A stretch of 64,000 bases of DNA from an uncultured Bdellovibrio sp. GTDB lineage: Bacteria > Bdellovibrionota > Bdellovibrionia > Bdellovibrionales > Bdellovibrionaceae. Under the pieces are notes generated by a model. It did no database searches and was not told the origin of the DNA. It worked only from the letters and a program-made list of their open reading frames with translations. Below, in pieces: positions 28,879 to 38,359 of this stretch. A program made the position numbers and the translations under genes. The DNA lies in NCBI GenBank assembly GCA_963932905.1, contig CAWVRN010000005.1, positions 119,293 through 183,292 on the forward strand. The letters are read 5' to 3'. How positions within the stretch are numbered: position 1 is the stretch's first letter; each line of letters opens with the position of its first letter.

Positions 28879-30294
28879 GTGTTATTTCCTACGTTAGAAT
28901 TTGCGATATTTTTTACAGTAGTTTTCTACTTCAGTTGGGAATTGGTATTTAACAATTCTTATCGCAAGCTATTCTTATTGTTAGCCTCTTATTTTTTCTA
29001 TGCGACTTTAGATTTTAGATTTCTTCCGATTTTGATTCTAAGCCCGACACTTAATTTTCTTTTTGGTTTGTGGATTGGTGTTGAAGAACAGCCTAAAATT
29101 AAAAAGTACATCCTGGCATTTACGGTCGCATTAAATTTATTGCTGCTGGGCGTATTTAAGTATTACGACTTCTTTGCAGGGACGGTAGTTGAGGTCATGA
29201 CTAGGATTGGAATCACGGCCACTTGGCAAGACGATGTATTTATGAATTTTGTTCTACCATTAGGTATTTCATTTTTTACATTTCAAGGAATTTCGTACTT
29301 GGTGGATATTTACAAAAAGGAACTTACTTATAAGAACTCATTGTTAGATGTATTGCTGTACATTTCTTTTTTTCCGCACCTGGTGGCTGGGCCAATTGTT
29401 AAAGCCAGTGAGTTTATTCCTCAGTTAAAACAACCGCCAAAAACTACAGAAATTCCGTTTCTTTTTTCTATTACATTGATCGTTCTCGGTTTGTTTAAAA
29501 AGACGGTGATTGCTAACTATTTGGGTGTCGATATCGTTGACCCGGTTTTTGAAAATCCAAAAGCATATAGTTCCGTAGATATGTTATTTGCGGTCTATTG
29601 TTATGCGGTTCAAATCTTTTGTGATTTTAGTGCGTATACCGATATGGCCATAGGTTTGGCGTACTTACTGGGATATCAATTTCCACTGAATTTCAATCAG
29701 CCGTATCGTGCGACAAGCTTAAAAGACTTTTGGAATCGTTGGCATATTTCCTTAAGCCGATGGCTAAAAGAATATCTATATATTCCTATGGGGGGCAATC
29801 GCGTTTCAGAAAAACGCACCTATCAAAACTTGCTCATCACCATGGGACTGGGGGGCTTGTGGCATGGGGCTTCGTGGAACTTTATTACGTGGGGTTTGCT
29901 TCACGGGATTGGATTAGCTTTTGAAAAACGATTTCAATGGGATTTGCAGGCGGAATCGTTGGGCAAAAAAATCATTCGCGGATTTTTGGTGTTTAACTTT
30001 GTTTGTTTTGCGTGGATATTTTTCCGGGCGGAATCGTTTAATAAAAGTTATGAAGTTTTGATTCAGCTGTTTGATTTCTCGAAGCCGGTAACGAAATTGA
30101 CTCCAGTGTATCTAGTTTTGTTTTTTATTGGAATGAGTTTTCATTTTGTCAAGCCACTGCGAAGCTGGAATATTTCAGATCGACTATTGCAATTGCCAGC
30201 ATTGGCGTACGCCGTGATTTTTGCCGTGATGGTGACGTTAATAACCGCGCTTATGCCGGAAGGTATAGCGCCATTTATTTATTTTAGATTTTAG
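28879..30294 (+). CDS. MBOAT O-acyltransferase (PatA/AlgI family)
   Basis: PLGISFFTFQ, FFPHLVAGPI, DFSAYTDMAIG, DFWNRWHISLS, GLWHGA and C-terminal FIYFRF. Confidence 0.93.
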   Translation: MLFPTLEFAIFFTVVFYFSWELVFNNSYRKLFLLLASYFFYATLDFRFLPILILSPTLNFLFGLWIGVEEQPKIKKYILAFTVALNLLLLGVFKYYDFFAGTVVEVMTRIGITATWQDDVFMNFVLPLGISFFTFQGISYLVDIYKKELTYKNSLLDVLLYISFFPHLVAGPIVKASEFIPQLKQPPKTTEIPFLFSITLIVLGLFKKTVIANYLGVDIVDPVFENPKAYSSVDMLFAVYCYAVQIFCDFSAYTDMAIGLAYLLGYQFPLNFNQPYRATSLKDFWNRWHISLSRWLKEYLYIPMGGNRVSEKRTYQNLLITMGLGGLWHGASWNFITWGLLHGIGLAFEKRFQWDLQAESLGKKIIRGFLVFNFVCFAWIFFRAESFNKSYEVLIQLFDFSKPVTKLTPVYLVLFFIGMSFHFVKPLRSWNISDRLLQLPALAYAVIFAVMVTLITALMPEGIAPFIYFRF

Positions 30295-30308
30295 GACGAA
30301 CAGATAGA

Positions 30309-31400
30309 ATGAGTTTAGAGAAAAGTTATAAAAGCATTTCGGAGTCCTCGAAGATAATCAAGATGACCTTGGTTATTACTCTGCTTTTGAACTTGTCGAC
30401 AATTCACGAATGGTTGCAACAGAAAGAGGCCAGTCCAATGACATCGTCGTTTCTAAAGTTAACGGAGGCCTTAAAAGAGATCGGTGGTCAGTTTTATTTG
30501 ACGGCCTTACGCGAAGGTGTGCGGTCTCGGTTTATCCGTTATACCACGGGAGTTGCTCAGATTCCATTGCTGGAACAAAAACAGAATCCGTTGATCCCAG
30601 ATATAGGTGACCGCCAGGTGGCCGCAGTTGGGCCCCGCAGTGAAGATCCTATCGTTGAAAAAATAGATTTAACGGAATTAGGTTTGTTAGATGAATTGAT
30701 AAGTACGCCGACGGCTGAATCTGCGTCCATCAAGCAAAAAGTGGAAGATCCGCCATCACCGAAGGCTCCGGGGACTCAGAAAAGTATTCTGATCATTGGT
30801 GATTCAATTTTGAAATCGGGCTTACAAGAACATTTCGAGCGTAATCTGGTTCAACGTAATGAGAACACAACGATGGAAATCAAATCTAAATCTGGCACGG
30901 GTCTGTCTAGACCCGATGTGTTTGATTGGGTCAATTACGTGGACAAACAAAAAGACAAGTATGAGAAAATGTTGATATTCCTTGGTACTAACGATGCTCA
31001 AAGTTTATTGATCAATAAGAAAGCTATTCCATTTGATTCTAAAGAATGGAAAGACGAATACAGCCTACGAGTGAGAACGTTACTACAGAAAGCGTGCAGT
31101 AAATCGAAACAAGTCTATTGGGTCAGTTCCCTTAGAATGCGTTCTGATTCATTCGATGCCAAAATGCGATCGTTGCATGAGGTCGTTCGCAAAGAAATCA
31201 AAACTCAGTCGTCTTGTGCGCAGTATATTTCTGCCTTTCAATGGTTCACTAAGAAATCAAAATACACAGACACTTGGACGACGGAATCTAAAAAGAACGG
31301 TAAAAAGACCATCAAACTTAGAGTCGCCGACGGAATTCATCTGACTTATTGGGGCGCTGATTTATTTTCACAGAAAATAATCGAGTCCATTTATGAGTAA
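30309..31400 (+). CDS. Membrane-anchored SGNH protein (PatB/DUF459-like)
   Basis: IGDS, SGTG, LGTND and DGIH blocks; N-terminal hydrophobic segment. Confidence 0.8.
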   Translation: MSLEKSYKSISESSKIIKMTLVITLLLNLSTIHEWLQQKEASPMTSSFLKLTEALKEIGGQFYLTALREGVRSRFIRYTTGVAQIPLLEQKQNPLIPDIGDRQVAAVGPRSEDPIVEKIDLTELGLLDELISTPTAESASIKQKVEDPPSPKAPGTQKSILIIGDSILKSGLQEHFERNLVQRNENTTMEIKSKSGTGLSRPDVFDWVNYVDKQKDKYEKMLIFLGTNDAQSLLINKKAIPFDSKEWKDEYSLRVRTLLQKACSKSKQVYWVSSLRMRSDSFDAKMRSLHEVVRKEIKTQSSCAQYISAFQWFTKKSKYTDTWTTESKKNGKKTIKLRVADGIHLTYWGADLFSQKIIESIYE

Positions 31401-31992
31401 ATTAAAAGTAAACTTCATCGGCGATTCACATACGGCACTGACTTTCGGACAAACTATAATTGAACGCATTTCAAATGATGTCGATTTGCATTTGATTGCG
31501 TTTAGTGGTTTGCGGTTGCAGTTCTTAACAGAATGGATGAATCAGAAAAGTGAATTGAAGATTCTAAATTGTGAATTCAAATTTCGAGCTCCGGCAGGGT
31601 TTAGTAAAAATCCCGAAGATGTGGGGCTGGATTTTGACATGAACGATGCGGATGTTTTGGTCGTGGCACTGGGAACAAATGATATCGTAAAATGTGTCGG
31701 TGCCAAAGCGACGTTTAAATCTTTTTTAGAAAAGCCTATTCAGGCACAACTAGAAAAGATAACGGTAGAGAATGTAATTTTCATCGAGCCGCCGTTATTA
31801 AGTATCGATAAGGATGCTAAGATTCGTGCCCCGTTAATGGAGTTGATAGAAAGTTTTGATTTTAAGGTGATTTCGTGCGGAAATTTCAAAGCAGATCAAA
31901 GTGATGGTATTCACATGAAAAAAGAAATGGCTCAGTATTTTGGGGATTCGGTAGCTAAAGACCTATTAAAACTGATTCTTCCACATCATTGA
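31393..31992 (+). CDS. SGNH/GDSL hydrolase
   Basis: FIGDSH, ALGTND and DGIH; no evident signal peptide. Confidence 0.78.
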   Translation: MSKLKVNFIGDSHTALTFGQTIIERISNDVDLHLIAFSGLRLQFLTEWMNQKSELKILNCEFKFRAPAGFSKNPEDVGLDFDMNDADVLVVALGTNDIVKCVGAKATFKSFLEKPIQAQLEKITVENVIFIEPPLLSIDKDAKIRAPLMELIESFDFKVISCGNFKADQSDGIHMKKEMAQYFGDSVAKDLLKLILPHH

Positions 31993-32502
31993 TTCGACGG
32001 GAATAGCTTTTACTTCATTATATTTAGCTGATTTTTTGGTGTTGTATGGAGTTAATAACTCGCCATCAATTTCAAAATAGATGACTTGTCCAACCGGCAT
32101 ACCAGCATAGATACGAACTGGTTTTTTCACAGAAATTTCAAGTGTCCAATGATTGCAGAAACCAACATCGCCTTTACCAGCGGTAGCGTGGATATCTATA
32201 CCCAATCGACCAACCGACGATTTACCTTCCAAGAAAGGAACGTGTTTGTGAGTTTCTGTGTACTCTTGAGTCACACCTAAATAGAAATTTTCGGGAGTCA
32301 GTACATAGCCTTCTGGTGGGATTTCGAAGGTTTCGATTTCGTTATGCTTTTTTGCATCCAAAACGGAGTCTTTGTACACCGCTAGAGTTTTACCTAAATG
32401 CACATCATAACTATTACTGCCTAAACACTCACGACGAAAAGGCTCTACCTTGATAGAACCTTCTGCGATACATTGTAGTATTTTTTGGTCAGTAAGAATC
32501 AT
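31966..32502 (-). CDS. dcd: dCTP deaminase
   Basis: SYDVHLG, GKSSVGRLG, AGKGDVGF and TLEI. Confidence 0.93.
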   Translation of the reverse strand: MILTDQKILQCIAEGSIKVEPFRRECLGSNSYDVHLGKTLAVYKDSVLDAKKHNEIETFEIPPEGYVLTPENFYLGVTQEYTETHKHVPFLEGKSSVGRLGIDIHATAGKGDVGFCNHWTLEISVKKPVRIYAGMPVGQVIYFEIDGELLTPYNTKKSAKYNEVKAIPVESMMWKNQF

Positions 32503-32506
32503 TAAA

Positions 32507-32686
32507 TTACTTAGTTTCTCTGTGAACAGTGTGTTTTTGTAGATTAGGGTTGTACTTTTTTAATTCCATACGTCCCGGAGTCTTTTGTTTGTTCTTAGTT
32601 GTAGTGTAACGAGATACTGGTTTACCAAGAGCGCGAGCTTCTGTGCATTCCAAAGTTACGATAATACGTCCTGATTTCTTAGCCAT
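32507..32686 (-). CDS. rpmG: 50S ribosomal protein L33
   Basis: Not in ORF track. Manual translation [67 protein letters not shown]. Confidence 0.95.
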   Translation of the reverse strand: MAKKSGRIIVTLECTEARALGKPVSRYTTTKNKQKTPGRMELKKYNPNLQKHTVHRETK

Positions 32687-32829
32687 AAAAACCTCTTTAA
32701 TTCAAAAATACAGCCTTTAGCTAGTAACAAATGAACCCAGGTTTAGCAACACGAAATGTAAATTTGTTTTTAATTTCCCAGCTTTAATTCTTTTGAGTAA
32801 AGTGACAAGGGACAAACTCAGGGGGCCTT

Positions 32830-33684
32830 ATGAATCTTTTAAGCACATTAATCCTTTCTGTTCTATGGATTTTTCAATCCTCGGCGACCCCCTTAGGTTA
32901 TTTTTCAGGCAGTCAGCTTCAACCAGAATCGATCGCAACTTTGGTCTCTCGGGTAAAACCAGGCAGCGTCGTCATTATTGGTGAAAAACATGATGATCCC
33001 AGGGCGCAAGCGGGCCAGTTAGAGGTCATGAAGGCACTTCGGGCGGCAGGTTTGACGGTTTCTGTCGGTATGGAATTTATTTCATACCCGGTTCAAGCGG
33101 CTTTAAATGGTTACCGAGCAGGCGCTTTATCTGAAGCCGACTTTTTAAAACAGGTTTCTTGGGGGAGTGATCCGTTTGAGATTTACCGCGACCAAATACT
33201 TTTTCCCCTTGCCAGCGAAGGAGGGGTTACACTGGGAATAAATGCTCCGCGTTACTTGACGACTAAGATTCGTCAAAAGGGTTTCGACAGTTTGACTGCG
33301 GAAGAGAGGGCCCTGCTGCCACCTAACTATCAAGGTGGCAATGCGGGTTATCGTGAACGTTTTGTCGTGGCAGCGGGTGGACATTTAACCCCGCAAACAG
33401 TTGATGGCTATTTCAATGCCCAAAGTGTTTGGGACGACACCATGGCTTGGCAAACGGCGCAGTTTTTAGCAAAGAATCCAAATCATGTGTTTGTGATAGT
33501 AGTGGGCGAGTTTCATGTGCAGTATGGCGGCGGATTACCAGATCGTCTGAAAGCACGTGGGGTGTCTTCGGTACTAACCTTAAGTCAAGTTGACCATAGT
33601 GTTTATTCTGATGAAGAATTAGAGAAAGAGTTAATTCCACATCCCAAGTATGGCCCTCGCGCCGATTTTATTTGGGTATTTTAG
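32830..33684 (+). CDS. ChaN family (haem-uptake/TIKI-like) exported protein
   Basis: GEKHD, GMEF, AQSVWDDTMA and G.FHV.YG.GLP. Confidence 0.85.
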   Translation: MNLLSTLILSVLWIFQSSATPLGYFSGSQLQPESIATLVSRVKPGSVVIIGEKHDDPRAQAGQLEVMKALRAAGLTVSVGMEFISYPVQAALNGYRAGALSEADFLKQVSWGSDPFEIYRDQILFPLASEGGVTLGINAPRYLTTKIRQKGFDSLTAEERALLPPNYQGGNAGYRERFVVAAGGHLTPQTVDGYFNAQSVWDDTMAWQTAQFLAKNPNHVFVIVVGEFHVQYGGGLPDRLKARGVSSVLTLSQVDHSVYSDEELEKELIPHPKYGPRADFIWVF

Positions 33685-33693
33685 AGGAGCTGT

Positions 33694-34101
33694 ATGTTTC
33701 CCACGAACACGCGTGTATTGATTGTTGATGACATGGCATCTATTCGCGATCTTGTTCGTAATCAATTGAAGGTGATGGGTTTCACTGAGATTGTTGAAGC
33801 GGAAGACGGCGTACTGGCATGGACGGCACTTGAAAATCAGTATGCTCAAGCCAATCCTATCGAGTTAGTTATCTCGGATTGGAATATGCCGAACATGAAA
33901 GGGTTGGATCTTTTAAAGAAAGTTCGCTCTAGCCAAGTGTTTGTTCAATTGCCATTTATTTTATTAACGTCAGAAGCGGAACGTGAGCAAGTTACGGAAG
34001 CCGTCATGGCGGGTGTATCCCAGTATATAGTTAAACCGTTTTCAGGAAAAGTATTTGAAGAAAAATTGAAAACGGCCTATCAGAAACATTTCAAGAAATA
34101 G
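33694..34101 (+). CDS. CheY-like single-domain response regulator
   Basis: VDD, SDWNMP, LT and KPF. Confidence 0.9.
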   Translation: MFPTNTRVLIVDDMASIRDLVRNQLKVMGFTEIVEAEDGVLAWTALENQYAQANPIELVISDWNMPNMKGLDLLKKVRSSQVFVQLPFILLTSEAEREQVTEAVMAGVSQYIVKPFSGKVFEEKLKTAYQKHFKK

Positions 34102-34122
34102 CATTTTGAAAATATAGACGGC

Positions 34123-36045
34123 CTAAGCGGCTTTTTTTGTACCGATAGTTTTTGTGTCAGGGAACGGTAGCTGGAAAATAAATTCAGTGTATTTGCTGAC
34201 TTCGGTATTTATTTGAATCGTACCACCTAGTTGATCCACTTCGTATTTCACGGCATCTAAGCCAACGCCGCGACCACTTGTTTCGGTAACATTGTCGCGA
34301 GTTGTGAACGAAGGATTAAAGATGTAGAGAATGACTTCGCTGTCAGATAGATGCGAGTGCGGAATTTTTTTCTGAATTAATTTGGCGCGAATGCGACTGG
34401 CATTTACACCTTGGCCATCATCACGATATTTAATTTGCAGAATTTTTTGATTTTTTTCAATGATCGAAAATTCGATCGATAGTAATCCCTTTTTGTCTTT
34501 CCCAAAATTCGTGCGAATATTGGGTGCTTCAATTCCATGATCGACGGAATTGCGAATAACGTGAATGAAACTATTAAAGAAACTGTCGAATACTTTGTGC
34601 GGGATAAGAGTGTTTTCGTTTTTTACAACAAGTGGGTATATCGATTTTTCTAAGAGTTGCGCAGTTTTTTCAATTACGATAGGGAACTGACTGACTAGGT
34701 TTTTTACCGGCTGGAAATACACCTTTTCTTCCAAAAATCTTTTGATGTCTTCGATTTTTTGAAAACTAAGCAGGCTCTGAATTTCAAGTTGATTGAAAAC
34801 TACATTTTCATCATCGTGAGTGTTCAATTCGCCAAAGACTTCTTTGTAGAATGAAGTGATGTTTTTTGATTCAGATTCAATTTTTTGTTTCAATTGCAGA
34901 ATCGATTCGTCGAGACTAGTTGCGGCTTCTGACGGCTGCATTTTTTCTTCAAGTTCGTGCGTTACTTCTTTTAGAGTATTGTAAGAAAAAGTGGCGGCAC
35001 CGCCTTTGATGGTGTGTAGCACACGCAAAATGGAATCGCGGTTGTGAGCGGGATTAGTTTTTAGAAGGGCGAACTCAGAATTCAATGTTTGAAGCTGGTT
35101 TTTTGTTTCTAGTAAAAACATGCGAAGTTCTTTTTTATTTTGGATCATTTTCAAAATAGATTGAACTTTTTCTCTGTCGTGTTCCGCTTGTTTTTGAGCG
35201 GCCACTAAATCGGTAACATCAGAACCAACGCAAACGACTTTTTCGATTTTACCGTCTTCGCTGCGAATAGGGTAGTAGTCTAGCGAGATTGTTTTCAAAT
35301 CATGGGGGATTTTATCTGGCCCTAAGGGTTTAAGATCGTCAAATGGTAACATTTCGCTGAATACAGTGAAAAGCCAGTTTCTAAATCCGTCTACTTTAGT
35401 CGGCTTAATTTTTAAGACATCCCAAATATTTTGTCCGCTGGGTGCAGAACCTAAAATTTCTATGCAAGCGTTTGAATACAGAGGGGCGCACAGCCCGTTA
35501 ATATCGAAAACAAAAAACGCCTGATTTAAACTATCTAGCAGAGCCTTCATAAGAACATTCAAATCTTGGATTTGTGCGGTTCTTTGGCGTACGATAGATT
35601 CCAAATCTTTTGAATACAATTCTAACTGATTACGAGCCGCTTTCAGTTCTTCGATATAAGATTCTTTCTGTTCAAGTTCAGTGCGATATTTTTTTTGTAG
35701 CCGTTCCTCTAGGGTCACGTCACGGAAGAAAACGATGTATTCATTTACTTCTGGAGTCGGTGAGTAGGGCTGAATTGTGATCTGTGCTTTGCCGTTTTCA
35801 TAAGTGTCAGTGCTAAATTTCAATTCTTTGTATGGTGTCGCAGTTTCAATTATTGAAAGTTGAGTTAGGTATTCAAAAGGCTCTTCAAAACGAATCGCTT
35901 GGGATAAGGTTGTTTTGTTGCGAACCAGCTTGCGTGGATTTGTGCCGCAGATAGTAGCGCCAGTTTCATTGCAATAAACAATTTGGCCCTCGGGATTTAG
36001 GACAAATACCGGTTCCAACAAAGAGTCAAAAAGCGAGTAGCTCAC
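34123..36045 (-). CDS. PAS-PAS-Hpt-HATPase CheA-like histidine kinase lacking a CheW domain
   Basis: LHTIKG, HVIRNSVDHGIE, DDGQG and SGRGVGLD; the protein ends right after the HATPase domain. Confidence 0.85.
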   Translation of the reverse strand: MSYSLFDSLLEPVFVLNPEGQIVYCNETGATICGTNPRKLVRNKTTLSQAIRFEEPFEYLTQLSIIETATPYKELKFSTDTYENGKAQITIQPYSPTPEVNEYIVFFRDVTLEERLQKKYRTELEQKESYIEELKAARNQLELYSKDLESIVRQRTAQIQDLNVLMKALLDSLNQAFFVFDINGLCAPLYSNACIEILGSAPSGQNIWDVLKIKPTKVDGFRNWLFTVFSEMLPFDDLKPLGPDKIPHDLKTISLDYYPIRSEDGKIEKVVCVGSDVTDLVAAQKQAEHDREKVQSILKMIQNKKELRMFLLETKNQLQTLNSEFALLKTNPAHNRDSILRVLHTIKGGAATFSYNTLKEVTHELEEKMQPSEAATSLDESILQLKQKIESESKNITSFYKEVFGELNTHDDENVVFNQLEIQSLLSFQKIEDIKRFLEEKVYFQPVKNLVSQFPIVIEKTAQLLEKSIYPLVVKNENTLIPHKVFDSFFNSFIHVIRNSVDHGIEAPNIRTNFGKDKKGLLSIEFSIIEKNQKILQIKYRDDGQGVNASRIRAKLIQKKIPHSHLSDSEVILYIFNPSFTTRDNVTETSGRGVGLDAVKYEVDQLGGTIQINTEVSKYTEFIFQLPFPDTKTIGTKKAA

Positions 36046-38189
36046 TTAAATACACCTTCGTTCTTATTATGAATAAGTTGGAATTCGCTTGGCTCTGTCC
36101 ATTCGGAAATACGGGCGGCTTCCGCGTCGATTTGCCGAACGCGCCAGTAGACTTTCCCAAGAGGTAATTTCGTTTTGATTAAGAACTTGGCTTCGTTCAG
36201 CTTTTGGCGCGTATGAATGTTTTTGAAATCCTTATCGAATGCAATTTCTAGTTCATAATCCTTTTGATCAGACGAAGATTCCCAGTTTAACCAAATAAAT
36301 GGTTCGATTTCTTTCTGTAAAAATACTGTCATCTTGTTTTTTGGCTCAATCAGAACTGGTTTTGGTAAACGTTTGATGTAGCTGTAAGTAGAAGACTGAA
36401 TATTAGATGGTTCAGACTTTTGTTGCATGCTTGAATCTGATGCAATGACACGGAAATGGAACTCACCGGTCTTTTTAACATTGTAAGTTAGGCTTGTAGA
36501 ATTTAATTCAAACTTCTCTGGAGCTTGGAAGTCTTTGGAATCCGAAACCTCCACCACATATTTGCTGGCTAGATAAACAGGGTTCCAGCTTAACTTCATT
36601 GTAGCTTCTGGTGCTGCGCCGTCTGGATTGTCGCCGCGTAATACAACGGGTGGAACCGTATTTAATTTTGGTGCGTTGAATTTGGTTTGTAGTTCGCCGA
36701 CTTCACTGAAATCGCTAGAAACGTCTTCGCTGTTAATAGCGCGTACACGATAGTAGTGTGGGCCATAGGCTTTGGGAACAAAGTTAACCTGAGTTGTCTT
36801 CGATGAAAGCTTAACCGGTTTTGAAAAGTTTGGATCTTTGAATGACATTTCGACTTCGTATTTAGTCGCTTGGGCCGACGGTTGCCATTTAACGACAATA
36901 GGATTGATTGAAGACGGTGATCGCGAAGCTGACGTATTGAACGTTAGCTTTTTAGATAACAAAATGGGAACGTCTGGTTTAACGATTTCTTTAAGATGGA
37001 CGAAAACTTCAAATGTGCGTGTTTCGCTCCAGTCGCTAACGAGTGCCTGCTTCTTACCGCGTGCGCGCACGTAGTAGGTTCCATTTCCTAACATTTGATT
37101 TAAAGCATACGATTTGATTAACTCTTTGTCATAGATAGGCTGACTAAAATCGGGTGTCGTTGCCAATTGTACCTGAATGGTTTCGTAGATATTTGTCCAC
37201 GAAATTTTTACTGGTTCACGGTGAGCCGAAGTGTCGCCTTTTACCTCTACATCAAATTTTTTACCTTCGGTGGGTTCAACGATAGCTAATTTTTCTAAGT
37301 ACTGAACTGTGAATGTTCTTTCCGGTGTGGTGATGGTAGCGCCACTACTTTCTTGGCCTGATATTTTCCAGAAATAAGTGCCGGCTGGTAGATCTTTTAC
37401 TAAAACTTTGGATTTAATATTAGATGCTGTTAAGACTACGGTTTTGAAGTCTTTGTCTTTACCAATAGTTAATTCATTTTTCTCTGTACCTTGGCTATGC
37501 CAATCTAGATAGAATGTTTTTTCAAGAGAGCTTTGAAAGAACGTAGTTTTGTCGTCCGTAATTAGAGTGATAGATCCCGGAACTAGTTTTTGAACAACCC
37601 CCGTGGGTTTGATAACCAAAGGCTGTTCTGGCACTAGTGCTTCAACATTCGAGTTAGTCGTTTGTTTAACAGATAGTTTGCCTGAAATAAGTTTGATTTT
37701 TGTTAAGCCAAATTTGGTTTTTTTGATTTCAAGTTTGGAAGTTTTGGATTCCTTGTTAAGAAGGATTTTTTGTGAACCAGCTTTAAGTTCTAGTTTTGAA
37801 GACTGAACGATTTCAGTTTGAATATTACCGTAACGTAGATTTAGTTCTAAGTTTCCATTTTTAGAAACAAGGGTTACAAGCGAATTTTCATTTAGGAAGA
37901 TTTTCGAGCCGTCTACCAGATCGATTTGTGTTTGTGAACGTTTTCCAGTGAATACGCTATCGCGTTCAAATACGACTTCTGATTTATGTGCTGAATTCCA
38001 TGTAAAGCTATCGCTGGCACGCAGACGCACATCATTTTTTGCTTGATTGATATAACCGATTTTGGAATTTCTAGATTCGCGATTTTGAAAAAGGAACGAA
38101 TCATCGTATAAAAAATACGAAAACACGCACATGATTGCGATGGCAAGAACCAATATTACTTTGTCGGTACGATTAAACTTCAATGGCAT
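36042..38189 (-). CDS. FecR-domain protein with FN3/Ig-like repeats
   Basis: N-terminal TM; DSVFTG..S......DGS.I.L.ENS FecR motif; repeated Y..E....DF / G.YYWRV units. ATG 38189 chosen as start. Confidence 0.8.
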   Translation of the reverse strand: MPLKFNRTDKVILVLAIAIMCVFSYFLYDDSFLFQNRESRNSKIGYINQAKNDVRLRASDSFTWNSAHKSEVVFERDSVFTGKRSQTQIDLVDGSKIFLNENSLVTLVSKNGNLELNLRYGNIQTEIVQSSKLELKAGSQKILLNKESKTSKLEIKKTKFGLTKIKLISGKLSVKQTTNSNVEALVPEQPLVIKPTGVVQKLVPGSITLITDDKTTFFQSSLEKTFYLDWHSQGTEKNELTIGKDKDFKTVVLTASNIKSKVLVKDLPAGTYFWKISGQESSGATITTPERTFTVQYLEKLAIVEPTEGKKFDVEVKGDTSAHREPVKISWTNIYETIQVQLATTPDFSQPIYDKELIKSYALNQMLGNGTYYVRARGKKQALVSDWSETRTFEVFVHLKEIVKPDVPILLSKKLTFNTSASRSPSSINPIVVKWQPSAQATKYEVEMSFKDPNFSKPVKLSSKTTQVNFVPKAYGPHYYRVRAINSEDVSSDFSEVGELQTKFNAPKLNTVPPVVLRGDNPDGAAPEATMKLSWNPVYLASKYVVEVSDSKDFQAPEKFELNSTSLTYNVKKTGEFHFRVIASDSSMQQKSEPSNIQSSTYSYIKRLPKPVLIEPKNKMTVFLQKEIEPFIWLNWESSSDQKDYELEIAFDKDFKNIHTRQKLNEAKFLIKTKLPLGKVYWRVRQIDAEAARISEWTEPSEFQLIHNKNEGVFK

Positions 38190-38359
38190 GACAGGGTCTT
38201 TATCGTCCGATTGTAAAGAAATCATTACCAAATAAAGGTCCAGACATTTTAAAATTCCAAAATGGCCCGGCTCTATTTAGGTCCAGGTATACTAGACCTT
38301 TCCCTGACCAGCCTCTTTATTAGTTATCTTTTGAGACAGTTCCTTTTAAAATCAAAGGT

